Assembly (NCBI RefSeq): GCF_009914755.1
Contig: NC_060932.1
DNA from: the human T2T-CHM13v2.0 reference genome, Homo sapiens
Reading direction: 5' to 3' (one strand)
Length of the DNA stretch: 64,000 nt
The notes beneath the pieces were generated by a model that was not told where the DNA came from, searched no databases, and was given only the letters and a program-made list of their open reading frames with translations. The translations under genes were made by a program, and so were the position numbers. Shown here one piece after another: positions 1-12,992 of this stretch (the stretch's first letter is position 1; every line of letters starts with the position of its first letter).

Positions 1-334
1 CTTTGCAATGTGTCTATAATGTGATGAGGGAAATCAAGTCTTCCTTAAGTGCACACAGAAGGGCCACCTATCCCTGACTGGGGGAAAAATGTGTTTCCAA
101 TCTTCTTCCCAGCACTAATAGAATACGAGTTTTCTGTTCCAGTCTCAATGGATTAGTTATTTCTTTCTGACCTTCATGTCTTGGCTGGTATTTCTTGTCT
201 CTTTTGTTCTTTCCCACCCTGCAACAGTCCATTTTCCATTGTAGAAATCCTACGCATTTTTAATGGATCCTCATAGTCTCCCCAAATCCTCTTTGTTTAA
301 GCAGTTATTTTATAATTATTGTTACTGAGGATAG

Positions 335-550
335 CCATAATAATACTTAAATTAATGATCTCCTCTGTACTAGGCAGTGTGCTAAGTAGAAAATGTGGTG
401 CACAGGGTCCTCCACGAGGTTGTTGTATGGATGAAAAGATTAAGAATCAGGAATGTTAAAATCCTAAAGCCACACAACTGTTAAGTGATATAGTGGAATT
501 TGAACCCAGAAATTCTGACTCCGGAGTCCACATTATTACCCACTGCATTT
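335..550 (-). mobile_element. MIR SINE remnant
   Basis: Reverse-complement MIR 5'/core motifs (gaatttgaacccaga...ctgactccggagtcca); boundaries approximate. Confidence 0.6.
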
Positions 551-1769
551 CATTTGGTGAAGGAATTCTCTCAATATAGCTAGCATTTATTCATAGGAAG
601 CCTGGGGCAATTTATCTTTTTTCTAGGACTAGTATATCTATAAAGCCCAATGTGAGGGTGCTGCCTTGAAGGTGAAATCTTTTCATAAAGCAAAAGAAAT
701 AATTCTTGAGCCTCCAGACTCAGGGAGGTTTGATTACAAAACTAGGATGTTCTTGGCATAAGAACAGAAACATGAAAAAATTATGAAGCTGTTATTAATT
801 GCAAAAGAAAACGCCCTTGGAAAGACAATAACCTAGGCTTCAGAGATAGAAGAAAGTCAAAGGAAATTTAGAGTAAAATAAATTTCAGTGGAATCTTCTT
901 TCCTTCTCCCAAACAATTGCCATATACAAGTATATTTCTTAAATACTCAAGTCACAGAAAGCTATTTTTGCCATGTTTTTTGTCTTTACAAGTGAGTAGG
1001 TTTCTTTGGTCTATCTTATTTCTTATTTAAAAAATAATGAATTAAATGCATGTAAAGACATCTTCCATAAATCCTCCACAAAATTTCAGACAAGGACAAA
1101 AGGAAGAAAAATGTATAAATTACTGTATTAAACACAATTTGTTATTAAGCTGCATAAAAAGTTTTCTTCAATTGTATAAAAGATCTTTGTGAAATATTTC
1201 TGCTGTCCTTGTTTTCCACATTGTATGAGTAGATTCTTAACCATGAACATAAAAATTCAGAGAATTGTTAAGTAATGCCTAATAAAAATGCCTGCCAATT
1301 TCTATTGGGTAACTGATGGATTGATGGATATTTAACAACTTGAATTGTTAACATATTTTGGCATCCAATATTTTTTCTGACACAAAATTAATTCTTTTTT
1401 ACTGCGACTAATTCTCTTCTTTCCTACTCAGCAGTCATGAGAATATTATTATTATTATTTTAATATTTAGGATTTGATATTTAATAAGTTCATAGAACTA
1501 TATAAATATTAAATTTGAAATACAGATTTCATGCCAGACAAATTCAAGAATGGAATGTAAGAACAGATTGCAAGCCTGATATCCTGAGTGTGTAGTATAA
1601 TGCTTGGTACATAGTAGATGCTCAAAAACTATGTCAAAGGCAAAGGAACTGAGTGCAAAGAGTAACAATACAATATATGTGAAAGAGTTCATGGTAAGCT
1701 CTTATATTAAATATGCTGTCAAAGTATGGAATCATTTACGAAAGTTGGTTTAGAATTTATATGACTACA

Positions 1770-2166
1770 TGATATGGTTTGGCTCTGTCTCCCCACCAAA
1801 ATCTCATGTCAAATTGAAATCCCCATGTGTTGGAGGAGGGGCCTGGTAGGAGGTCATTGAATCATGGGGGCAAACTTCCCACTTGCTATTCTCATGATAG
1901 TGAATGAGTTCTCATGACATCTGGTTGTTTAAAAGTGTGTAGCACTTCCTTGTTGACTCTCTCTCTCTCTCTCTCTCTCTCCTGCCGGCATGTGAAGAGG
2001 GTGCCTTGCTTCCCCTTTGCTTTCTGCCTTAATTGTAAGTTTCCTGAGGCCTCCCAGTCATGCTTCCTGTTAAGCCTGTGGACTGTGAGTCAATTAAACC
2101 TCTTTTCTTCATAAATTACCCAGTCTCAGGTAGTTCTTTATAGTAGTGTGGGAATGGATTAATACA
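1770..2166 (+). mobile_element. MSTA-like MaLR solo LTR
   Basis: Starts tgatatggtttggctctgt, ends ...aataca; 5-bp TSD ctaca (1765-1769 / 2167-2171); internal (CT)n. Confidence 0.9.
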
Positions 2167-2239
2167 CTACAATTTATCCGTTTTAGTACTTTTTTTTCAA
2201 AAGTAATATTCAGTGACAATATATATAAACTATTTTATG

Positions 2240-2480
2240 CAGTATAGGGTAGTGTTTTATGGTATTTCAAAGGAAAGTTTCTGGATTAATCCTGTGAGTC
2301 TGAATCACCATTCTCTCCTATTGTTAAATTATACAAGTTAATCACTCTCATTGGGAAAATGGCTCTGTTTCTCACATTATCTTCACTGTAAAATGGGAAT
2401 TATCAAAGTATTTCTTCACAGGGTTGTTGTGAGGGTCCAGTGCCTAGTACATAGTCAACAATATATAGATGCTAACCATT
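2240..2480 (+). mobile_element. MIR SINE remnant
   Basis: ctgtaaaatggga...cacagggttgttgtgagg...agtgcctagtacatag core and 3' motifs. Confidence 0.65.
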
Positions 2481-3539
2481 TAAATTTTACATTATTTCCA
2501 CCTTCCTGCTTAGTACCATGTTTACCTTGAGAGCATTAAACTTTTTGAAAACTCAGGGTAAACAATGCGTTTAAGGTCTATCTATTCATGCTTGAAGTTA
2601 TTTAAAGCTCCTTCATTCTCTAATAACAGAAATTTAGCTGAACTTTTTTGTTCTTATGTTTGTAGTTTTAAAAATTAACTTTTTGGTTCATCTGTAGTTC
2701 TCATTTCTTCTTCTTATGGAAATTCTTTCTTTCTTTCTTTCTTTTATCAATACCCCCAATAAAGGAACCAACCATCCTGAAACCTCAGTCTATATATTTC
2801 AATTAAGTACACATCCTACCTGACCCCAAACCTTTTTTTCTTTTGGCCATTGTCTTTATTTCATATCTCTGCCCAGGGCCAACTAGAGTTAAGAACAACC
2901 ACTGAGGCTTATTTTTTGTGTGGGGTTTAGGGGAGGGGGTGGTAAAGGCAGTGAGGAGGGAGACTTTTTCTTGCTGCTTTTATCAAAATTGAAAAATGCA
3001 ATTCAAGCCATTCTTGAGGTTACCACCTAGAAGCAGAAAATGAAGATGGAGAGAAATTGAATCCTGGTTTCATGCTTGAGCCCCTGGAGTCCCCCTATGA
3101 TTGGGATTCACAGATACATGGGTTAAGAAACAATAGATTCTCTGTGTTTAAATGAGTTTCATTAGCTCTTCTGACACTTGCAACCAAAAGAAAGTGAGGT
3201 GATAATCTACCTGTGGTTAGGCTACCAGTTACTCTTTCTGATTTGATCAGTGTCTTTGCTTTTCTCACACAACCCTCCAAACATCCTGCTAATTTGCTGT
3301 CACTAATCTGCTCTGGGTTTAGATGTGAGATAACCTAGTTTGTGAGGGTTTCATCCTAACGGGAATAAATATACTCTGAGAGGCTTAGAAAGAGTTTTGT
3401 AATATGTATATTTAACATCTTAGAAACATTCATTTTTAATCCTTTTTTCAGAATCTTTGCTATATTTTGACATGTAATCAGCTTTTGATAGGTGATGCTG
3501 CTTAATAGGAATATATTGCTGAAGAATGCCACTAGAGCC

Positions 3540-3735
3540 ATAGAGCCTTATGTCATGTCTTAGACTTACCACTTGTTAGTGCTATATATTTGAAAAAGTT
3601 ATTTAATATTGCTCAATTTCAGTTTCTTATTTTGCAAAATGAGTATAATAATACCTGACATGATTGAAATAAAGAGTACATGTAAAGCAGTTAGAAAAGG
3701 GCAGGACATATGAGGCTTGCTTGCTGAATGTGCTA
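3540..3735 (+). mobile_element. MIR SINE remnant
   Basis: Degenerate core (cagtttcttattttgcaaaatgag...catgtaaagcagttagaa). Confidence 0.6.
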
Positions 3736-6144
3736 CATGCTTTTTAATTTTTAAGTTGAGATACTTTCAACTGTTCAAATTATAATTATTAATCCACGTT
3801 ATTCTGGATTAATAACATAATCCATGTTATTCTAAGTTTTTTTCTCTTCCTAAATATTTAATTTAGGATATTTCATTTTCCCCTTTTACCGCAGAAAAGA
3901 GAGAAACAGAAAGTAGAGAAAACAGTGTAAGTAAATATTACTCTTTGTTCCTAGTTCAGTCTCAGATATGACAAGAGGGCCAATAAAGCCTTTCACTTCA
4001 AAAAACTTTAAGAGTTTTCATTTTTGGCAGCATATTCCTTTGTTCTTATGCTTAATGTTTAAAACTTTATTTTTCTGCCATACTATCCTTCATAATAGTA
4101 TTTTACTGAATATTTTAATTTTCTAGAATGATGGTGACTTGAGGTAACTCCTGGTTTCATTTCCATTTAGACACACCTGTAATTTCAGAGGAATCATTAC
4201 GTTTCTGTAGCATTCTAATCGTTTAAATGTGCCTTAAACACATAAGCATTTATTGTCAATCTTCCTGCTTTACAGTCTGTCCAGTTCAATCCTGCTTTCC
4301 CCACAAGGAGGACAGCTAAGAAACCTGCTCAGATTTCCCTTTTCCTACCTTCTCATCTCCAGGTTTCCTATTTTTCTCTATCCCGAAGGAAGCTGGGAGA
4401 CTGCTCAAATTTCCTTTGTGGGGGTCTGTGTCCCACCTGGCGTCTTCCTCTCCTGCTCAGCAACAGGAGGTTGTTTTTTTTACTGTCAGCACTCCCTCCT
4501 CTTGGCTGTCAGAATTCATCCCAGTGGAAATGTAGACATCTGAGTTTCTTCCAGACTTCAATGGGTAAATTGCCAATTTCCATTTTATGAAAATAGTTCT
4601 CCTTTCATGGAATAATCTTGCTCCTGAACCGTTCCTTTAAACAAAAACAAACAAACAAACAAGCAACAAAAGGATTTTAGCCATACTTAAAGGCTGAATC
4701 AGTGATCGATCTGTCCATCGCCTCTCTTCTGATTTCTTTTGAAAGGCCTCCAAGCATGTAGATCATATCAAGTTAACCAATGAACAATGGAATCAGAATT
4801 TTGACAACCCCTGTCTTTAGCCATTTTGCATGAAAGATTTCAGTACATTTGTCTTTACCACAATTTTTGGGTTTGAATAAAAGCTAATGAAGTAGAATAT
4901 CTAAGGATGGCACACAGCATTATATGCTTTAAACATTTTGCCCCAGGTAATAGTGAATGTCAGTCGTATTTGGGAGCCACTGGACAAAACAGTATCTTAA
5001 CAATGGAAAATGAAAACATTTAATATGAGCTGTATTTTCCACCATAGGAAGAAACCAAGAAAGTGGTGCCTTTTTTTTCTCCCCAAAATGAGAAAATGAA
5101 GGCTAAGGGGCAACATAATCAAAGTGATAAATGACCTCATCATTTTAACCTAGGTATGAATTTTTCCCAGCAGTCTCAGAATGTGAGAAAAGACATACTA
5201 TATTGTTTAAAGATTTGTCAAATTTTTTATTCTGAGTCCTCATTCTGCTGATCTGCGCAGAAGTTCAGTCTCTGTCACTATTGGGATTACTGCCATTTCT
5301 TTCTTATGCGCTGTGCAAAACCTAATATGATCTGATACAAAGCAGAATATTCCAACAGGCCCTTCCATTCCTGGTCCATGCTGGGCATTGCTAATGGGCT
5401 CTCCATTTTAGTCCACGTGGTAACTTGGAGTCAAGAAGTGTCCTACTTCCCCCTGCACTTTTGGGAACTGGTTTCTTGGCTTTGCCTGGAGGTCCAGTTT
5501 CTAGGGGGCACCAAATTCTTCTCTGAGAATGTCAGTCAAGCTCTAAGCCTCAGCAAGAACTGGGGCTTGCAGCACTGCTGTTCACAGTTCCTGCAGATGT
5601 TTGTCCTCTCGCAGTGTTGGGTCATTTTTCTGTTTTTAATCATTTGTGCTTCAACCTGTTGATTGGTAATGCTTTGCAGTATATTAACCTCAGGCGTGGT
5701 ATGAAGTCCATGTCAAATAAGAATAAAGCAGGTTTCATCAACCTTTTCATTGCTAAGAAAATAGGAGAACAGGGCAGGGAAGTGTAGGGGAAAGAACATC
5801 CACTACATGGTGATGGTGGAGAATGGTGATGTCCAAGCAGAGAGATCACCTTCTGTCTCATTGACTAATTGACTATTCATTGTTTAGCTATTTTGCTAGA
5901 GGTTAAAAAAAAAAAAAATCATAGTTACTTCCCTCTGCTGTTGTCATTTTATAACATAAGTGTTTTTGACAAAATTCTGTTTCCTTCAATGATTTTCATT
6001 TAGTTGCATTAGATAAAAACAACAACAAAAAAAACATACTGATATCAACACTGACAGTATCTCATATCTTTCCTTCTCTTAACTTGCCTGTTAAAAAAAT
6101 TAGAGTAGTGATATTCTTTTCTTTTCTCTATTTTCTTTCTCTCT

Positions 6145-6204
6145 TTCCTTCCTTCCTTCCTTCCTTCCTTCCTTCCTTCCTTCCTTCCTTCCTTCCTTCC
6201 TTCC
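6145..6204. repeat. (TTCC)15 / (GGAA)15 microsatellite in the pyrimidine tail of an AluJ
   Basis: 15 perfect TTCC units counted. Confidence 0.95.
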
Positions 6205-6237
6205 TTTTTCTCTCTCCTTCTTTCTTTACTGCTTTCC

Positions 6238-6443
6238 TTTTTATTTGAGACAGGGTCTCACTTTGTCACCCAGGCTGGAGTGCAGTGACGCCATCATGGC
6301 TCCCTGCAGCTTTGACCTCCCAAGTTCAAGCGATCCTCTCACCTCAGCTTTCCAAGGAGCGGAGACCACAGGCACGCCACCACACCTGGCTAATTTTTAA
6401 ATTTTTTGTAGGGATGAGGTCTTGCCATGTTGCCCAAGCTGGT
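6238..6443 (-). mobile_element. AluJ-like, 5'-truncated
   Basis: gagacagggtctcactttgtcacccaggctggagtgcagtg... diverged Alu antisense. Confidence 0.9.
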
Positions 6444-6921
6444 TCTTTTCTTTTTCTTGTTTCAACTGGTAATATTTTCTTCAGACAAAAACCTTACTGG
6501 GACATTAATAATTTGAAAGATAAAAAGATGTGTTCCTGTTGACCAAGAGCTTCTCAAACTTTCTCTACTCTCTCCCTATTACTCCTCTTACCCAGAAATT
6601 CCTTTGTGGAACCCTAGTCTAGCTAAGGTAACACAGGTCTAGGGATATACCAGGTATTCTGGAAATAAATTATTATGAAGAAGTGATTCAGACATTGCTA
6701 TATCTGAAATTCAGGAGGATGGTCACTCTGATGTTTCAGATTATTTCCAATGGTAAGATACTATAGTTAGTATTCAATGATGCTTTATTGAGAACTCAAC
6801 ACCTTTAACTCAAACTGTTTATCTTATATTTCAGTGGTGGTTTCCAGGCCATAAAAATTAAAAGCCTAACAGTGCCATTGGAAAGCAATAGAAAATGTTT
6901 CATAATGAAACATGATCTTAC

Positions 6922-7294
<373 letters not shown>

Positions 7295-7986
7295 TCAAAA
7301 TTTAAAATCTCTTTCTTTTTATTATATCTGGATTTTAAAAGGTCAATATTCAGTAAGAGGAGGAAGATTTGGCCATATTTTATGAAACCCTTGAGAGAAA
7401 GAGAGAGAACAAGAAAGAAATTTTCCAAGCGGTTGTACGGATGAGGTATTATTGTGTGGTGTGCCTGCTTGCAGCTGGTAGTAATCACTCCCCAACATCA
7501 TATAGTTATTTCCCAGTATCAGATGTGAACACATGTGAGCCTTTCCCTTCAAGGGCACTTTTTGTTCATGTTCTCGAATATAGGTTATCACTGTGATCCT
7601 AACCCACTTTTATTAGAGTCTGTTTTTAATCAAATGAAAGGACTTTATTGGACTTTTCTTGTGGGTAAAAGAAATGAACCCATTGAAAAAAATACTAATA
7701 AATTTCTTCAGTAATTCATTTAGTTATTTTTCTAAATTTTTGGAAATATGGCTTCGGTAATGTGTCTCTTTAGAAGCTGTTATTTGTTCACATGGATTTA
7801 CATATCTATTTTCTGTAATGCAGTTAGCAGCTCAAGAAAGTAACTATTTTGGAGAAGACCATCATGTATCTCATATTAAAATAATCTTAATTAGCACCAA
7901 GGTGAAGGGTGTTTTGCCCTAGCTTTGATTTTTTTCCAGAAAATTTAAAAGTAATTTTAAGGTATATTTCAGCTTAATATCATTAC

Positions 7987-8442
7987 TGTGGTAGGTTGAA
8001 GAAATGGTCCCACAAAGATATATTCACTTCCTAATCTGCAAAATCTGTGAATATTAACTTATATAGCAAACAAGTGAATGTTACATTATGTAGCAAAAGA
8101 TATGATGATGTTACAGATCCTGACAGGAGGGGCTTATCCTGGATTGTCTTGGTAAATCCTAAATGTGATCATAAATGTTTTTATAAGAAAGAGGGGATTA
8201 GACAAAGATATACAGAGGAGTAGATGATGTAAAGATGGAGCAGAGAGAGATGCAGCCATAAGCCAAGGAATGCTGACAGTCACCAGAAGCTGAAAGGGGC
8301 AGAAATGGATTCTTCCTTACAGTCTCTGGAAGGAGTGCAGCCCTGCCTATACGCTGATTTCATGCTTCTGCCCTCCCCAACTATGAAAGAATGAAATTCA
8401 GTTTGTGGTAATTTGTTACAACAGCCAGAGGAAACAAATATA
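7987..8442 (+). mobile_element. MLT1 (C/D-like) MaLR LTR
   Basis: tgtggtaggttgaa...aagccaaggaatgc...ccagaagctg...tttgtggtaatttgttacaacagcc. Confidence 0.85.
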
Positions 8443-9127
8443 GTTACCTTAAGAAATAAAACATAATAAATGAGATTACCTAAAGGAAGGAGTTTAAATT
8501 TCTGTGAAATATTGACTGTTTTATATTTTTCAGGCTTTTTATACCATTGAATCCACTCTCTTCCCCAATCCCATATTGCATTTTTTGTTAAAATATTTCT
8601 CCTATTTATGGCCATACATGAAGAATAATTCTAATTTGCTTGGAAAGATCTGGATCTGTGGTTAAAATTTAAGGCTGCTTCTGTCATCTGAATTATGGGA
8701 GATTCTTTCTCTGTCTTCATTCAGTGTATATATGTTTATGCCCAAGAAGCAATATTAAACCTTGAAAGGTTAGTGATTAGCAAGTTAAGCATATCTTTTG
8801 CCTTCAAGAGGTTTATAGACAAAGAGAAGGGTCATGAAAAGAAAGAAACAATTGCAAAACAGTTGGAAAATATTTATTTATCCATTGTAACTAAAGATGT
8901 TGCTGTTTTGATCAAGTTTTGTGATAGTAAGTATTTTATGGAATTCTTAAAAATAGTTTAACTTCAAGAAGTTATTGATTTGATATTGGATTCTTAATAT
9001 AATTTTTTGTTCTTTCACTGAAAAGAGAAATAATTACATAGCAGTTCTAGTGCTAGAAGTTGCATGTGCTAGAAATTGTAAGATGCTGGGGTGAGAATTG
9101 AAATTTTGTTTTCTTTTTCTTTCCTTA

Positions 9128-9405
9128 TTTTTTTGAGACAGAGTCTTGCTCTGTCACCAAGGCTGGAATGCAGTGGCACTATCATGGCTCACTGCACCTT
9201 GACTTCCCAAGCTCAAGTCATCCTCCCACCTCAGCCTCTGAAGTAGCCAGAACTACAGGCACATACCACAATGCCCAGCCAATTAAAAAATTTTCTTTTA
9301 TTTTTTTTGTAGAGATGGGGGTCTTGCTATGTTGCCTAGGCTGATCTTGAACTCTTGAGTTCAAGTGATCCTCCTGCCTTGGCCTCCCAAAGTGCTAGGA
9401 TTTCA
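9128..9405 (-). mobile_element. AluJ-like
   Basis: Diverged antisense Alu lacking its extreme 5' end. Confidence 0.9.
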
Positions 9406-10069
9406 ATTCTTATAGCAAATTTACCTTCTGAACTGTCCTGGGCAAGGCACCAAGTTCTAAGGAATACCTTAGCATTGAACTTCTCCCTTAAAAGTTTCAA
9501 GTCCTAGTATCCTTTCTTTGCTACGTTATTCCAAATGTAGAATTTTTAGAAGGAACTTTAACTTATTGTTTGATTACTAGGTTGTCAGCAAACATATGCT
9601 ATACATTCATTATGCTAGGTGCTGGGAAATTAAGGAAAATCAGGTGCAATGCCTGACAGAGGAAGGCTGATGAAAATGCATATTTAAAACAAATTCCTTT
9701 CTTTGTAGAGCATCTTATGAAATCACAGGAACCATATAAAATTGACAATACTTAATTATTTTTGACCTAAAAAAACTGTGATTTCCTATGTTCAGCACAA
9801 TAATTAGTGGTGATTTGGCAGCTCACTGGTGAATTTAATTTGACTTAATACAGTGTGCCAAACCTGGTGAATTTATTCAGGCGACTTTTCATTTTGTTTC
9901 AGTCATACTCAGCAGAAATAAATGGTTCTCTTTTACTTCCCAAAAGGTCCATACAGACTGAACTGTATTTTTTGCAAATACCTCTGAGAGATATTCAACT
10001 TTTAATAGGCTGCAGTTTTAGAAAAATAAGATGGTCATTCACTGAGTTCAGTTTCTTAACGCTGTAGAC

Positions 10070-10662
10070 CAGGGATTGACAGACGTTTTCAATAAAGGGC
10101 AAGATAGTAAATATTTGAGTGTTGCAGGCCATGTGGTCTATGTAGCAACTGGTCAGCTCTGCCACTGTAACACAAAAGCAACCTCAGATAACACATAAGC
10201 AAGTGAGCATGGCAGGATTTCAGTAAAACTATTTATTCATGTGGAAATTTGAATTGAAATATTTTTTTTTAATTCTTTTTCAATACTAGGTTCTGGGAAA
10301 TTAAGCAAAATCTAAGAATCTAACTCTAAGAATAGATTATATACATATATGTATATGTATATATAATATACAGTGATTGGTTTTGTGTCTTATGAACAAA
10401 AAGGATTATTTATGAGATGGAAGTAATTGGGTGTGAGCAATCCCTGTTGTTCAGGAAAATGAGCACTTCCTTCTGAGTTGGATATTGGCCAGCCAAATGG
10501 TGATTTGGGAAATCTTTTTTATTTTTTTCCTTCTTAGACAACTGCTTTTTCCATATGAGATAACTGATGTTTTCTCTTAAAGTGAATGGATGTTATATTA
10601 TGCCTATACAGAAGCATGGAGAGGGCTTTATGTAGCCCAGGGCTGTTATTTACTGATCCCTA
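10070..10662. mobile_element. MER58B hAT-Charlie DNA transposon, interrupted by a ~320-bp insertion (about 10284-10600)
   Basis: Left arm cagggattgac...aaagggcaagatagtaaatattt; right arm ...gcccagggctgttatttactgatccct; degenerate NTCTAGAN-type flanks (ctgtagac / ttctagaa). Confidence 0.75.
10371..10578 (+). repeat. Local duplicate copy of 11284-11491 (~208 bp)
   Basis: Shared blocks such as aagtaattgggtgtgagcaatccctgtt and gagataactgatgttttctctt; roughly 85% identity by eye. Confidence 0.92.
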
Positions 10663-11283
10663 TTCTAGAAACACACTTATCGAAATGTAGAGGAAACTCC
10701 CTGTGATCTTCTTTGGGGTCCATGAAGCATTAGGCTTCATGGAAGAGCCAAGAGAATCTTTTAAGTGTAAATTTCCTAGGATCCTACCCTTTTAAAATTC
10801 TACTTGGGAGGGCTGCCACAAATGTTATTCTTTTAATATTCAGCAGATTTTGTTCTTAGAAAGGAGATACCGTTTATTCTCTATCAGATAGTTTCAGCAG
10901 TACTGTCCAGTAAGTGGGGAAAAGGTAACTGAATCAGAGAGGAAACTAAATCAAGGGAAATTTCATTTCCTCTCAAGCAGAGAAATACCAGGCAGTGTCA
11001 GGTTTTTCGCCTCCGTTCATCAACACCTGTTCCAGATGAAGGTAGTGCTTTGAAGGTCAAATATAACAGAGGACTGGGCATCCCCATTGAGATCCAAGGA
11101 CTTCCTCGTAAGTCGGTTTCCTCATTCTGGAAGCCCTAAACAAGATTAACTTGCTTCTTTTCCCCCCCACTTCTGTCGTTTTAACTATTAATATCTACTG
11201 AACAATCTTTCATTTTGCTAGCTATAATCACAAACAGCTACAAGCTTGGACTGTTTATACCCCTAACTTACAAAGATTTCATT

Positions 11284-11491
11284 CAGTGATTGATTTCATG
11301 TCTTATGAAAAAGAAGGCTTACTTACAAGGTGTAAGTAATTGGGTGTGAGCAATCCCTGTTCTTCAGAAAAATGGGCACTTCATTCTGAGCTGGACATTG
11401 GCCAATCAAACGGCGACTTGGGAAATCTTTTTTATTCTTTCTTTTCTTAGATAACTGCTTTTTCCATGCGAGATAACTGATGTTTTCTCTT
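11284..11491 (+). repeat. Probable donor copy of the 208-bp duplication
   Basis: Aligns colinearly with 10371-10578 and retains CpGs (aaacggcgac, atgcgag) that are decayed in the other copy. Confidence 0.9.
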
Positions 11492-11789
11492 TCATCTCTG
11501 CCTGAAAATCAAGCCATGTGCAAATCTATGCCACTTTATAGATGCTGGTTGGGGAAAGAAGGCAATAATGTCATTTCATCCTACTTCAGACAGAATAATG
11601 TGATTTCATTAGGATGGACAAAGAACTCTAAGTCACACTCAAACTTTTTCCCTTGAATGTGTAAAAAAATCCAGAAATGAATTATTGGTTTGAGAATCAT
11701 GAGCAGTTCATGTTATGGGTGGGGTCCTTTTCTTTTTTTCATAGCAGTTGGTTGCAGATTTTTTACATAATGTGTTCTTCTTTGGCACT

Positions 11790-11930
11790 ACAACACCTGT
11801 TTTGAGTCAAGACTTCATCATTTACTCTGAATGACTTTCTTTACCCTGCTGTGCCTCAGTTTCCTCACCTGTAAAAAGTAGCAATAATAACAGGCTGTTC
11901 TGAGAACAAATGAGTTGATTAATGTTCTTT
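11790..11930 (+). mobile_element. MIR SINE remnant
   Basis: tgcctcagtttcctcacctgtaaaa core. Confidence 0.7.
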
Positions 11931-12507
11931 GTATAGTTTGCTTCTTTTAATGATTATTGCCCCAAATATCAGTACCTTTGAGTATTATCTAAATTACAAT
12001 CACTAAGTACAGTCTCTTGGGAAGGTGAGAATGCATAGTTGGCCCTTGAGGAAACCCAGATTCTGCTTAACTCTTGTTGCTTTTCCACTTAAATCCTATA
12101 CTCTGGTCATAGAGGTTACTTACTACACTTGCTACACATTTCTGTGCAAAGGCAATATAACTTGTATATTATTGCATTGGCTTAGAGACACACTTTCCTT
12201 TCTTCAGCTTGCCTAAAAATCTAATTTCCAGTTGCTTAGATAGCTTCTCTTTAAGAACGACATCCCAGCCTTTGTCTTTTGTCCCCCATTCTAAACTAGG
12301 TGCTCCATGCTGTATGTAACTTCTACAGGAGCACTAATCATATTGCATTATCTATGTATCAGTTCCTTTGGTTTCTATCCTAGGACCTCGTCATAGGAAA
12401 GGGCTGCTTTTCTTTTAGCTTTAATCCCTTAGCTTCTTAACATTAAGTCAAAAGTAAGAAGTTAATCCTATTACTGCAATTGATCTGTAAAAAATGATTT
12501 AATATAG

Positions 12508-12992
<485 letters not shown>

